DNA of 64,000 nt from an uncultured Gemmataceae bacterium (GTDB taxonomy: Bacteria; Planctomycetota; Planctomycetia; Gemmatales; Gemmataceae), in contig CAWIDK010000003.1 in assembly GCA_963834865.1 (NCBI GenBank), positions 1 to 64,000 of the forward strand, written 5' to 3'. Every line of letters starts with the position of its first letter. Position 1 is the stretch's first letter. Below are positions 53,990 through 64,000 of this stretch, piece after piece. The translations under genes were made by a program, and so were the position numbers. The notes under the pieces were generated by a model. The model searched no databases, was not told the DNA's origin, and saw only the letters and a program-made list of their open reading frames with translations.

Positions 53990-55315
53990 ATGCTTCCCGT
54001 CCTGGAGCGTTACTTCCGCCTGTCCGAACATCGCAGCGGCGTGCGAACCGAAGTGCTCGGCGGCCTCACCACATTCGCCACGATGGCCTACATCATTGTA
54101 GTCAACCCCGCCATTCTTGCGAACGCCAGTCTGCCGCAACGGCCGAGCACGGTGGCGACCGTGTTGGCGGCCGTCTTCGGCTGCCTGCTGATGGGCCTGT
54201 ATGCCAACCGCCCGTTCGCGGTCGCGCCGTACATGGGCGAAAACGCGTTCATCGCCTTCACCGTCGGCCTCGGCATGCAGATCGCCTGGCAAAAAGCCCT
54301 CGGCGCCGTCTTCGTCAGCGGCGTCATCTTCCTCGTGCTGACGCTGCTCGGCGCCCGCGCCTGGCTCGCCGCGGCCATCGCTCCCAATCTCAAGCATAGC
54401 TTCGCCATCGGCATCGGACTGTTCCTATTATTCATCGGCCTTTTCGAAACGGGCATCGTCGTCAGCTCCCCCGCGGGTGTGCCGTTGCAGATCGGCGACT
54501 TTCGGCAGCCACGCGTGCTGCTCGCGATCGGCGGCTTCACGCTGATGGCGATCCTCACCGCCTGGGGCCTGCGCGGGGCGATGCTGCTCGGCATGGCGGT
54601 AACCGCGACCGCCGGCTATTACCTCGGTGAGGGCGCGGCTCCGGCCGGCGTTTTCGCCTGGCCCTGGACATACGGCCTGGAGGAGGTCGCGTTTCAGCTC
54701 GATATCCGCGGCGCGCTGCAGGTCGAATTCTTCCCAATCCTGCTGACTTTGTTCCTGATGAGCTTTCTCGATACATTGGGGACGCTCTATGCGCTCGGCT
54801 CGGCGGGAAACATGCTCGACAAGGACGGCAACCTGCCCGATTTGCAAAAGCCGATGCTGGTCGATTCGATCGCGTGCATCTTCGCGGCGCTGGTCGGCAC
54901 GTCGACCAGCGGCGCGTTCATCGAGTCGGCGACCGGCATCCGCGAAGGGGCGCGCACCGGGCTCGCCGCCGTCATCACGGGACTTCTGTTCGCCGTCGCC
55001 CTATTTTTCTTGCCTTTGCTGGAGCCCTTGCAACAATTGAAGTACGCTTACGGTCCGGCGCTGATGCTGGTCGGCGTGCTGATGTTCGCGTCGGCTCGCC
55101 AGCTCAACGTGGATGACTTCACCGAGCTGGCCCCCGCGGTCATCAGCGTCGTGATGATGGTGTTTACCTACAACATCGCGAACGGGCTGACGGCGGGCCT
55201 GATCGTGCACCCGCTGCTCAAGCTGGCCACGTTCCGCTGGCGTGAGATCCACCCCGGTGCGGCCGTGCTCGCGGCGCTGTGCGTGGCGTATTACATCTTC
55301 GGCCGGCCGCATTGA
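53990..55315 (+). CDS. NCS2/AzgA-family purine (guanine/hypoxanthine) permease (441 aa).
   Basis: MLPVLERYFRLSEHRSGVRTEVLGGLTTFATMAYIIVVNPAILA.. is the typical AzgA/PbuG N-terminus. Thirteen TM segments. Confidence 0.85.
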   Translation: MLPVLERYFRLSEHRSGVRTEVLGGLTTFATMAYIIVVNPAILANASLPQRPSTVATVLAAVFGCLLMGLYANRPFAVAPYMGENAFIAFTVGLGMQIAWQKALGAVFVSGVIFLVLTLLGARAWLAAAIAPNLKHSFAIGIGLFLLFIGLFETGIVVSSPAGVPLQIGDFRQPRVLLAIGGFTLMAILTAWGLRGAMLLGMAVTATAGYYLGEGAAPAGVFAWPWTYGLEEVAFQLDIRGALQVEFFPILLTLFLMSFLDTLGTLYALGSAGNMLDKDGNLPDLQKPMLVDSIACIFAALVGTSTSGAFIESATGIREGARTGLAAVITGLLFAVALFFLPLLEPLQQLKYAYGPALMLVGVLMFASARQLNVDDFTELAPAVISVVMMVFTYNIANGLTAGLIVHPLLKLATFRWREIHPGAAVLAALCVAYYIFGRPH

Positions 55316-55326
55316 AGCTCGCTTGA

Positions 55327-55359
55327 AAACTTCCGAAGTCTCCGAGACTTCGGAAGTTT
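55327..55359 (+). terminator. Palindromic family A, copy 2 (AAACTTCCGAAGTCTC-c-GAGACTTCGGAAGTTT) 11 nt after the permease stop. Terminator-like hairpin with a weak T-tract.
   Basis: Identical 33-nt palindrome to 8049..8081. Confidence 0.5.
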
Positions 55360-55387
55360 GAGGCCTCCTGCGACAGGGATTGGTACG

Positions 55388-57606
55388 ATGCCCGTCACCC
55401 CCGCGACCATGCAACAGCTGCAACAGCTCATCCAGCAGCACTGGGGCTTCCGCTCGCTGCGCCCGCTGCAGGATGAGGCGATGCGGGCGGTGCTGGACGG
55501 CCGCGATTCCGTCGTCGTGATGCCGACCGGCGGCGGCAAATCGCTTTGCTATCAGGCCCCGGCGGTGCTGACCGGACGCACCACCGTCGTCGTCTCGCCG
55601 TTAATCGCGCTGATGAAGGACCAGGTTGACGGCTTGCAGGCGTGCGGCGTGCCGGCGGTGCAGATCGACAGCTCGCTTTCGCCGCAGGAGCGCTTCGCCT
55701 ATGAAATGGACGTGCGCGACGGCGCGGTCCGGCTGCTGTTCGTCTCGCCTGAACGGCTGACGGTGCCGGAGTTCTGCAACCTGATCCGCTCGATCGACGT
55801 GAAGACGTTCGCGATCGACGAGGCCCATTGCATCAGCCACTGGGGCCACGATTTTCGCCCCGAATATCGCCAGCTCGGCAAGATCAAGGAGATGTTCCCC
55901 GGCTCGACCGTCCACGCCTACACCGCGACGGCGACCGAACAGGTGCGGCGCGACATCTGCGCCGAGCTCGGCCTGCGCGAGCCGTTGATGCTGGTCGGCA
56001 ACTTCGATCGCGCCAACCTGACCTATCGCGTGTTGCCGCGCATCGACCTCGGCAAGCAGGTGCGCGAGGTGATCGAAGGGCATCCGGGCGAAGCGGGCAT
56101 CATTTACTGCCTGCGCCGCCGGGACGTTGACGACGTCAATGCAATGCTGCAAGGGCTCGGCCACAAATCGCAGGCGTATCACGCGGGCATGGCCGGCGAC
56201 GATCGGCGGCGCGTGCAGGAGGAGTTCGCCGAGGAGCGCTGCGACCTGATCGTGGCGACGGTCGCGTTCGGCATGGGCATCGATCGCTCGAACATCCGCT
56301 TCGTGCTCCACACCGCGATGCCCAAGTCGATCGAGCATTACCAGCAGGAGACGGGCCGGGCCGGCCGTGACGGGCTGGAAGCGGAGTGCGTGCTGCTCTA
56401 TTCCGGCGCGGATTGCATGACCTGGAAGAACATCTTCGAGAAGTCGGCACAGGAAAACGAGGTCGCGCCGGACTTCCTGCCCAACGCGATCAAGCATCTC
56501 AATGACATGGACCGCTACGCGCGCGGCGCCGTCTGCCGGCACCGGGCGCTGGTGCAGCACTTCGGGCAAACGCTTGCCGGTACCGGATGCGGCGCCTGCG
56601 ACATCTGCCTGGGCGATGCGGAGCGCGTTCCCGATTGCACGGTGATCGCTCAGAAGATCCTGTCATGCGTCGCGCGGGTGCAGGAGCGTTTCGGCATCAG
56701 TCACGTGATCGGCGTGCTGCGTGGCGAGAACACCGAGCGCATTCGCAACCTCAAGCACGACCAGCTCAGCACCTACGGCCTGCTCAGGGAGCACGCCAAG
56801 CCGGTGCTGCGCGACTGGATTTTCCAGCTCATCGGCCAGGGCGTGCTGCGGCAAGAGGGCGCCGAATACCCGATCCTGAAGCTGACCGACGCGTCGTGGC
56901 CGGTGATGAAGAAGCAGCGCGAGGTTTCGCTCATCCAGCTCGTGCGCCGGCAGAAGGGCGAGAAGGCGAAGACGTTGCCGGCGGCGGCCACCTCGTGGGA
57001 AGGCGTGGACAGGGACCTGTTCGAGGCGCTGCGGGCATGGCGCGGCGAGCGGCGCGTGAAGCCCAGAAGCCGGCGTACATCATCTTCAGCGACGCGACCC
57101 TGCGCGAGCTGGCCCGCACCCGGCCGACCACGCTCGAGGCGCTGCGCCTGGTGTACGGCATCGGCGAGGCGAAGCTGCGGGAATTCGGCGAGCCGGTGCT
57201 GGCGCTGATCAAGGCGCACTGCGCCGCGCACGGTTTGCCGACCAACGTGGTCGCCCCGCTGCCGCCACCCGCTCCGCCCAAACCGCGGGCAATGACCCCG
57301 GCACTCACGCTGGCGTTCTCGCTGTTTCGGACGGGGACGTTGGTCGAGGACGTGATGCACCAGATGAAGCGAACGCGGGCGACGGTGTTCGATTACCTGT
57401 GCGAATTCATCCGCGCCGAGAAGCCGGCGTCCGTACATTGCTGGATTGAGCGGACGAGCTACGACGTGATCGCCCAAGCCGCCCGCGCGGTCGGCACCGA
57501 GCGACTCAAGCCGATCTTCATCAAGCTCGGCGAGAAATACGATTACGATGCGATTCGCGTCGTCGTGACCCACCTCACCATGAACACGCGCACGTCACAG
57601 CCGTAA
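55388..57606 (+). CDS. recQ: ATP-dependent DNA helicase RecQ (~739 aa). One frameshift near 57047.
   Basis: Helicase motifs (PTGGGKSLCYQ, DEAHCISHWGHDFRP, TATA.., HYQQETGRAGRDG), a zinc-binding RQC region (CxxC..C..C) and a C-terminal HRDC domain. Frames 55358.. and 56587.. join where gagcggcgcg needs gagcgggcgcg (GGG read as GG). Confidence 0.9.
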
Positions 57607-57664
57607 CCGTCGGCTAGCGCGGGTGGGGGCCGACCCGTGCCGGCTTGTCCGGTCGGTGCCGCTT

Positions 57665-58768
57665 TCACGGCTCCAATTTCGGCAGTTGCCACACCCGGAC
57701 GCTTCCGGGGGGGCCCTTCGCGAAGACGAATCGGCCGTCCTGAGAAAATACCACTGGACCACTCGTGTCACGGTCGCCGCTAGCTACCAAATGGGCAACG
57801 ACCTCGCGCTTCTCGACTGACCAAAGGCTGACGCCGCTTCCTGTGAGGCCACAGGCGATTAGCTTGCCGTCCGGCGAGAAAGCGATGCCATCGGACGCAC
57901 CGCCGCGCCTCTCCCAGGTGCGTTCGCCGCTTGCGCTGTCGAAAACGGAAGTCGCGCTACGCGGTCCGACAACCACGAGGGCCTTACCGTCTCGGGAAAA
58001 CGCTAGTTGCGGTCCAAGGGGGTACAGGTATTTCGAATCTAAATCGCAGCTCCATAGCTTCGTGCCGCTCGCGACGTCCCAGACGATCAGGTGGGGGCTG
58101 GCGCCGACGGTCGCGACGCGCTTGCCGTCGTCTGAAATCGCCGCCATGTCAATCTCGCCCTTGTCGGTATGGCCGGCCAACGTGACGGCGTTCCCGGTCC
58201 GCAGGTCCCATACCTGAGCCATTTGCATGGAGAGACGCTTTCCTGGGCCTAGCGAAGCCGGGTCAGGCGTTAAGGTCAACAACAGCATGGCGTCGGGCAG
58301 CAGCGCTACAGGGCTAGCCCGTACGTCCATAGCAAACTCCTTGAATAGTTTTCCGTTAGCCATATCCCACATCATAACATGGGTTCGGAGCTTGCTGTCC
58401 GCCCCCTTGATGGCAGAGACTGAGATCAAGGTCTTTCCGTCCCGGGTGAATCCAAACGTCGTGACACGGTAGCGAAAGCCCTCTAGAACGTGCCGACGCT
58501 CGCCGGTCTTGACGTCCCAAACCGCAATGACGTTAAGTTTGCCTTCCATCACGGCACGTAAATCCTTGACGACTGCATGGTAGCTGCACGCCACCAATTC
58601 CCCATCGGGCGACAGCGCCATCGTATCAATGGCTTTCGCGAGAGCGATGACCCGCTTCTCCGGGACTTCGAGAATAGGCGTTTTCTTTCCGTGCTGCGCA
58701 GCGACGGTCGCTTGTAGCACTGTGGATAGGAAAAGGCCTCCAAAGAAACCCCAGCGTCGCCATAACAT
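57665..58768 (-). CDS. Secreted WD40-repeat beta-propeller protein (~368 aa).
   Basis: Signal peptide MLWRRWGFFGGLFLSTVLQATVAAQ. About 7 blades (VWDVKTGE, MWDMANGK, VWDLRTGN, VWDVASGT, FSPDGKLIA). Confidence 0.75.
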   Translation of the reverse strand: MLWRRWGFFGGLFLSTVLQATVAAQHGKKTPILEVPEKRVIALAKAIDTMALSPDGELVACSYHAVVKDLRAVMEGKLNVIAVWDVKTGERRHVLEGFRYRVTTFGFTRDGKTLISVSAIKGADSKLRTHVMMWDMANGKLFKEFAMDVRASPVALLPDAMLLLTLTPDPASLGPGKRLSMQMAQVWDLRTGNAVTLAGHTDKGEIDMAAISDDGKRVATVGASPHLIVWDVASGTKLWSCDLDSKYLYPLGPQLAFSRDGKALVVVGPRSATSVFDSASGERTWERRGGASDGIAFSPDGKLIACGLTGSGVSLWSVEKREVVAHLVASGDRDTSGPVVFSQDGRFVFAKGPPGSVRVWQLPKLEP

Positions 58769-58852
58769 TCGGCACCTCCGGTCTTGATTGCAGGCGCGAA
58801 CGGCACATCGATCCATTGCGGAAGCCACGGGGACTAACGAGTGCGTCCGAGG

Positions 58853-61818
58853 TCAAACGGGTCGCCCGTTTAGAGTGCCTGGACCGTAAAGGTCACCCTC
58901 GTTAGAGAATCCGTTCACCGTCGTAAGCGTCCCGCCGTCGAAATAGATTGCGTTTCTCACATTGCCAAGGTTTTCGCAATCCATGGCCTCACCGACGTTC
59001 AGAGAATTACCGCCTAGGTACATATTACAGCCCCATAAATCAACCCAACTGGTGACTGAGAGATTTCCTGTGAGCCAGATTGTGCAGTTGCTCAAACGCA
59101 GGCCACCCGAGACGCTACCGGCGAGCTCAAATGTGGTATTCTGCGACGTGGCAGATGTGAGCCCGCCAAAATTGATCATCGTACCGCCCATCATAATGAA
59201 CATCCCGCCGAGTGAGGCGGAAGTGTTAGTGAACTGGTACGTGCCGCCGGCAAGCTGGCACATGGCGTTTGCCCCGGTCTGGCTGAAGCCAGCGCCGAAG
59301 TTGCCGTCGCCACTCACTTGTAAAGTGCTACCGGTATTCGTGAAGGCGCCGCCGAAGTTCCCGTTGCCACCCACTTGTAAAGTGCTACCGCTATTATTGA
59401 CAGTGCCAGAAACCGTCAGGTCACTGGTCGCTTGAAGCAGACCGCCCGAATTATTATTGAGATTCCCAGCGACGCTGGCGCCCCCAAATAGGTAAACCTG
59501 CCCACCATTATTTTGGAAGTCGGCACCACACCAAGTTGTACCATCGACCTCGAGGTAGCTGCCGTTATTCACGAATCCTCCGACGAAACTGGTATTGGCT
59601 ACCTGAATCGACGCAAGCGTGCTCACTAATTGGGCCGTGAAATAGGTATCAGCCGTCGCGTAGATGGACCCGCCCGCGTTGACGACAACATTAACTTCGA
59701 AGGCAACCAGGCCGCCGCTCACCGAGCCGTAGGCACGCAGAAGGCCTCCGTAGCCGACGGTAACTCCAAGGCTCGGCATCATGGCGTTCGCGTTTAAGAT
59801 CGTGGCATCGGTGAACGCGTCGAATGTGCCGCCAACGATGTTGATCCAACCGTTAGGCCCAAGTGCAATGTTACCGGCTGTCGCCTGCCAAGCTACGTAA
59901 CCGGAATCCTGCAGGGTACAGCCGCTGATAGTGGGGGTGGGTGCCTGGATGGATAGGTAATCGCCGGCCGCCACGAGCGTCGTCCCCCCCGTCATCGTTC
60001 CGTCTGACCAGACGAAATCGTGCGCCTCAAAGGTTCCCGGCCCGCTTAGGGTGCCGGAAACAAGCTGGAAGTTGTCTGCACCCACAGTTACTCCCGCGTC
60101 CACTGCTACGGTGCTACCCTGGGCCAGATACCACCCGGCACCAGTAAGGACCCTGTCGCCTTGGTCGTTGATTGGATTATGAAAGGTGAGTTGTACCGTT
60201 TCAAATACGACGCTTGTATCGTCGGCAGCTACGAAAGTTCCCGCGCTATCTACTTTATACGTATTTTCGCTAAATGGTGGTGGGCCACCCAAGAGCAGCT
60301 CGCCGCTGTCAACCTGCACTACCCCGTTGTTGGTGAAGGTGTTGAGTTGTATTTGGGCCCCGTCCCCGAACCCGGATTGTATGACTGTCCCGGAGATCGT
60401 ATTGTCGAAACCCCCGCTTAAGCTCATTTGATTCCCTTCGGCCATAATGGATTCAAATCCCACGTCGGTGACGATTTGAAAAATGCCGCCATTCACGATG
60501 GTTGCGCCATTCTGAAGATCCCAGGTTTGGGACATTGCGTTCGCGCCCCGCCACGAAACCGTTCCTGAATTCTGAAGCGTCCGGCCGTCCATGGTGAGGG
60601 TGGTCGAGGACACGACGACCATGTGCGCCGGCGCGGTGATCCAGGTGGTGCCGGCGCCGGACATCGTGCCGCCACTCCACACCATGCGGGCGGTCACGTA
60701 CAGCGTGCCTGGCCCGGTGATCGTGCCCATTGGGCGAAGCCTGACCTGCGCCTCGGTCGTCCCGTCGGGACCGGCGGCAACGTCAAGGTTTGGAACGCCG
60801 GTCGCGCCACCGATGATGAGCGGCCCTGGCCCTGCGCCTGCAGGCCATCCAGCGCCTGGAATGTGCCGTTATTGAGAAGAACGGCGCCGGCGCCTGCGAT
60901 GCTCATGTTCCCGCCGAGCTGGCCACCCGCGTCCAACTGCAGCGTTCCCGTGTACACGTTCACATTGCTGACGGTGTAGAACGGCACCTGAATTTCGACC
61001 GTCGGGGCGGCCACGACATTGACTGCGCCGCCCATGTTATTCTGGATCGAGGCGGTCGGCATCAGGTCGGTCCACAACACATTGCCGCCCGCGTTAAACG
61101 TGCCGTTGTTGGTGAAGGTGACGCCCACGCCGTTGAAGTTGCCGGCACTCCAGTTGACGGTGCCGTTATTGAGGATGTTCAGGCCGGAGTCCGGCAGATC
61201 TGTTGACCAGGCGCTCGCCATGTTCAGCGTCGCACCCGGATCAATCTGCAGGGTGCCGGCGCCCGACAAGTTGCCGCCCAACCAGTCGTAGGTGGCGCCC
61301 GAAGCGATTTCGATCGTGGCGGACGTGCCGCCGCTACCGCCGCCGCCGCCGCCGCCGCTACCGCCGCTACCGCCGCCCAGACCACCGCCGCCGCCGCCGA
61401 GACCGCCGCCGCCACCGCCGCCGCCACCGCCGCCGTCGGTGCCGGCATTGATGGTGCTGGTGGCCTGGAGGAGGTAAGTCGTCACCGTGAGCGAGCCGTC
61501 GAGCTGGATCGTGCCCGCATAGCCGTTCTGGATCAGTAGCGACGCTATGGTCCCGCCAGCCGCCGCGTCGAACTCGGCGGGTTTGCTGCTGGTGTCGTTA
61601 AAGATAAGGGTATCCGCAGCCAATGGCGCAACCCTATTGGGGGTCCAGTTCTGGGCGTCGCTGACTAAATCGTCGAGGCCGCCCCCGCTCCATGTGTAGC
61701 TGGCCGGCACCGTACGGGTTTCGAGCCATTCAACCGCCAGTGCGGGCTGGCGTCGGGTGATGGGGCGCACGGGGCGCGCAAAGGAACCGCGGAGGGAGCG
61801 AAGGATGTGCTGGAGCAT
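58853..61818 (-). CDS. Secreted beta-helix/autotransporter-like repeat protein (~988 aa) with a poly-Gly tract. One frameshift near 60838.
   Basis: N-terminal motif RPITRRQPALAVEWLETRTVPA. Frames 60694..61989 and 58853..60730 join where ggccgctc needs ggcccgctc (CCC read as CC). Asn/Gly/Thr-rich beta-strand repeats. Confidence 0.8.
61318..61442. repeat. (GGC)n-rich microsatellite-like tract encoding a 40-residue Gly/Ser run inside the beta-helix gene.
   Basis: ccgccgccgccgccgctaccgccgctaccgccgcccagaccaccgccgccgccgccgag... on the plus strand. Near-pure triplet repeat. Confidence 0.6.
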
Positions 61819-62139
61819 GGGGATCCCCGGGAGAGGTGGGGCAAGGACGAAAGGACACGCGGGGATCTTATCCCTGCGATGTGGGATTTCAAGGTAAGCG
61901 CGGATCTTTTTCCGATATTCTTCGGAGTCGATTGAGGAGGGGGGTCGTGGCAAGTGCCTCGCCAAGCCTTGATTTTGGGGTAGCCGCATTCGTGAGAATG
62001 CGGGTGATCGCCCGCATTCTCACGAATGCGGCTACAATCACAGGGATTGACCATTCCACAATCGTTGTCAGCTCAGCGGAGGCCCTCCCATGTCGTCGGC
62101 TCAGCAAGCGGGCGCGCGCTGCGGGACGCGCAAACCGGC

Positions 62140-63036
62140 ATGCCCAATTTCCTGCCTTTTGCCGTGTTCGCGATATTGCTTGTCGTCACCGTGGCGCTCG
62201 CGTTTCTCGTCGGCGCTTATTACCCGGTGGCGGGCGCGCTGGTCGTCGCGGCCGGGGTTGTCCTGTCCGGCCTGATCGCCGCGTCCATCAAGGTGGCCAA
62301 CCAGTGGGAGCGCGGGATTGTCCTGCGCGTCGGCAGCTTCACCGGCATTCGCGGGCCGGGTCTGTTCTTCCTGACCCCGATCGTCGAGCGCGTGCGCATC
62401 ATCGACATGCGCGTGCAAACCGAGGACATCCGCCGGCAGGAGGTCATCACTCGCGATAACGTGCCGGTGGCGATCAACGGCGTCCTGTTCTTCAAGGTGG
62501 TCAAGGTCGAGGACGCGGTGATGAAGGTGCACGATTACCTGTTCGCGGTGAGCCAGCTCGCCCAGACCGCCCTGCGCGACGTGGTCGGCGGCATGACCCT
62601 CGACGAGGTGCTCGCGGAGCGGGAACGCATCGGCAAGATGATCCAGGACGTGGTGGAGAAGGACGCCCAGGCGTGGGGACTGGAAGTGACGGGCATTCGC
62701 CTGCAGGACATCGACATGCCGGAGGAGCTGAAAAAGATGATCTCGCGGCAGGCCGCCGCCGAGCGCGAGAAGCGGGCCACGATCACCAAGGCCGAGGGGG
62801 ACAAGCTCGCCGCCACGAACCTGGCCGAGGCCGCCGCGACCATGGCCGCCAGCCCGGGCGCCATGCAGTTGCGCACGCTGCAAACGATCGACGGCCTGGG
62901 ACCGACCGCGTCCAACACGGTCGTGCTCGCCGTGCCCATCGAGGTCATGGAGACTCGTACGAAGGTTTGGCGGGCAGCAAACCACCTAGAATCGCGTAAG
63001 AAACTGAACCACGGATCACACAGATGGCACGGATAA
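62140..63036 (+). CDS. SPFH/band-7 (stomatin-like) membrane protein (298 aa).
   Basis: N-terminal TM segment, then ..VANQWERGIVLRVGSFTGIRGPGLFFLTPIVERVRIIDMRVQT..ITRDNVPVAINGVLFFKVVKVEDAV.. The last ~10 codons are supplied by a palindromic element. Confidence 0.85.
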   Translation: MPNFLPFAVFAILLVVTVALAFLVGAYYPVAGALVVAAGVVLSGLIAASIKVANQWERGIVLRVGSFTGIRGPGLFFLTPIVERVRIIDMRVQTEDIRRQEVITRDNVPVAINGVLFFKVVKVEDAVMKVHDYLFAVSQLAQTALRDVVGGMTLDEVLAERERIGKMIQDVVEKDAQAWGLEVTGIRLQDIDMPEELKKMISRQAAAEREKRATITKAEGDKLAATNLAEAAATMAASPGAMQLRTLQTIDGLGPTASNTVVLAVPIEVMETRTKVWRAANHLESRKKLNHGSHRWHG

Positions 63037-63076
63037 GAATTGCCTTTATCCGTGCCATCCGTGTGATCCGTGGTTC
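63006..63076. repeat. 71-bp near-perfect palindrome (31-bp arms, 1 mismatch, 8-nt loop) overlapping the 3' end and stop codon of the SPFH gene.
   Basis: GAACCACGGATCACACAGATGGCACGGATAA-gaattgcc-TTTATCCGTGCCATCCGTGTGATCCGTGGTTC. Confidence 0.6.
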
Positions 63077-63363
63077 AATGTTTTGGGCGGTTATGCGGTC
63101 TAAACTGCTTGACCTGTTTCGGCGGGGTGTCTAGAATTGGGAAGTTGGGTCGCGCTACCGTGGCGCGATGGACTAGAGCCTGCGGGCGGTTGTGTTGGTT
63201 GCCGACCGGCGCAGGGCGTCTCTAGCGAAAGGAGGTGGTCTAGTGTGTAGTGGTAACCAGAGGTGGCTGCGCTGACGCAGCCGACGGGCTGCCCGTCGGG
63301 TGCAGCCACAATTCTTCGTAAGGAGCCCCGGCGCGTATCTCGCCGGGGCTCCTCTCGCTTGCG

Positions 63364-63410
63364 GTTTACGTTTAGCGTTCGTAGGCTGCCTGCGAACGCT
63401 AAACGTAAAC
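63364..63410. repeat. Palindromic hairpin element, family B, copy 2 (perfect 18-bp stem, 11-nt loop).
   Basis: GTTTACGTTTAGCGTTCG-taggctgcctg-CGAACGCTAAACGTAAAC. Same stems as 3229..3275 with a different loop. Confidence 0.7.
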
Positions 63411-63475
63411 GCGGTTGTTTCCCCGCCGCCCTGCCGGTTGTATCGGCGGGGACATTCATGCTCGGGAGTTGTCCC

Positions 63476-64000
63476 ATGATCGTCGTCATGAAACCCGGCG
63501 CCACGCCGAAACAGGTCGAGCATGTCATCGACCTGGTTCACGGGCTCGGCCTGCGCAGCCATGTCATCGTCGGCACCGATCGCACCGTCGTCGCCGCCCT
63601 GGGCGAAAAGCGCGACGGGGCCAAGCAGGCGCTCGAAACCGGCGAAGGAGTCGAGAAGGTGGTGCCCATCCTCGCTCCCTACAAAATGGCCAGTACGGAA
63701 GTCAAGCAGGATCCGACCTGCGTCGAGGTGCTCGGCCTCAAGGCCGGCGCCGGCCACATCGGCGTCATCGCCGGGCCATGCTCGGTGGAGAGCCGTGAGC
63801 AGATCCTGGAGACTGCCCAGGTCGTCAAGGAAGCCGGGGCGGCCGGCCTGCGCGGCGGCGCGTTCAAGCCGCGCACCAGCCCGTACAGCTTCCAGGGCAT
63901 GAAGGAGAAGGGGCTCGAATTGCTCGCCCTGGCCCGCGACGAAACCGGCCTGGCCGTCGTCACCGAGGTCATGGCTCCCGAGCACGTCGCCCTGGTCGCG
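63476..64000 (+). CDS. 3-deoxy-7-phosphoheptulonate (DAHP) synthase, type I-beta (KDO8P-synthase-like catalytic domain with an N-terminal ferredoxin-like regulatory domain). 5' partial: the gene runs off the window end.
   Basis: MIVVMKPGATPKQVEHVIDLVHGLGLRSHVIVGTDRTVVAALG.. is the regulatory domain. ..GVIAGPCSVESREQILETAQVVKEAGAAGLRGGAFKPRTSPYSFQG is the catalytic signature. No stop before position 64000. Confidence 0.85.
   Translation, partial: MIVVMKPGATPKQVEHVIDLVHGLGLRSHVIVGTDRTVVAALGEKRDGAKQALETGEGVEKVVPILAPYKMASTEVKQDPTCVEVLGLKAGAGHIGVIAGPCSVESREQILETAQVVKEAGAAGLRGGAFKPRTSPYSFQGMKEKGLELLALARDETGLAVVTEVMAPEHVALVA

Noticed and set aside
1-64000. Searched for tRNA, rRNA, tmRNA, RNase P and SRP RNA signatures (T-loop GTTCGAATC-like motifs, conserved rRNA blocks).
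   Set aside because: No convincing match was seen by eye. Absence cannot be proven without covariance-model searches (tRNAscan-SE/Infernal), so none is reported.

Overview
High-GC (~68%) chromosomal segment with clear Planctomycetes hallmarks (Gemmataceae/Isosphaeraceae-like): ECF sigma factors next to Ser/Thr-kinase/WD40 genes, and many very large secreted beta-helix/Ig-like proteins that share an unusual N-terminal motif (RR-rich stretch followed by L-E-x-L-E-D-R-S/L-L/A-P-S/A). About 45 genes are supported.

Main blocks, in order:
- a WD40 gene, a flotillin/NfeD operon and two sigma/kinase modules (0.4-13.2 kb)
- a ~30 kb block of surface-protein genes (13.3-43.1 kb), with three tandem paralogs carrying a conserved leader, a ~2460-aa adhesin-like gene and a ~4400-aa, 13.3 kb giant repeat protein
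- an ECF sigma / anti-sigma / ABC-2 permease cluster
- a decayed Type III restriction-modification locus (intact mod, res missing its helicase core) with a PIN toxin-antitoxin pair between mod and res; this is the most system-like candidate in the window
- two permeases, recQ, a second WD40 gene, another beta-helix gene, a stomatin-like SPFH gene and the start of a DAHP synthase gene

Two global signals stand out:
1. About 20 otherwise intact genes are interrupted by single-base frameshifts, almost always at short G or C runs. This pattern points to homopolymer indel errors in the assembly, not to real pseudogenes.
2. There are several families of short palindromic (hairpin) repeats. Three of them sit inside coding sequences as in-frame insertions, which is reminiscent of the Rickettsia palindromic elements.

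No rRNA, tRNA, CRISPR array, transposase or integrase could be supported from the sequence.
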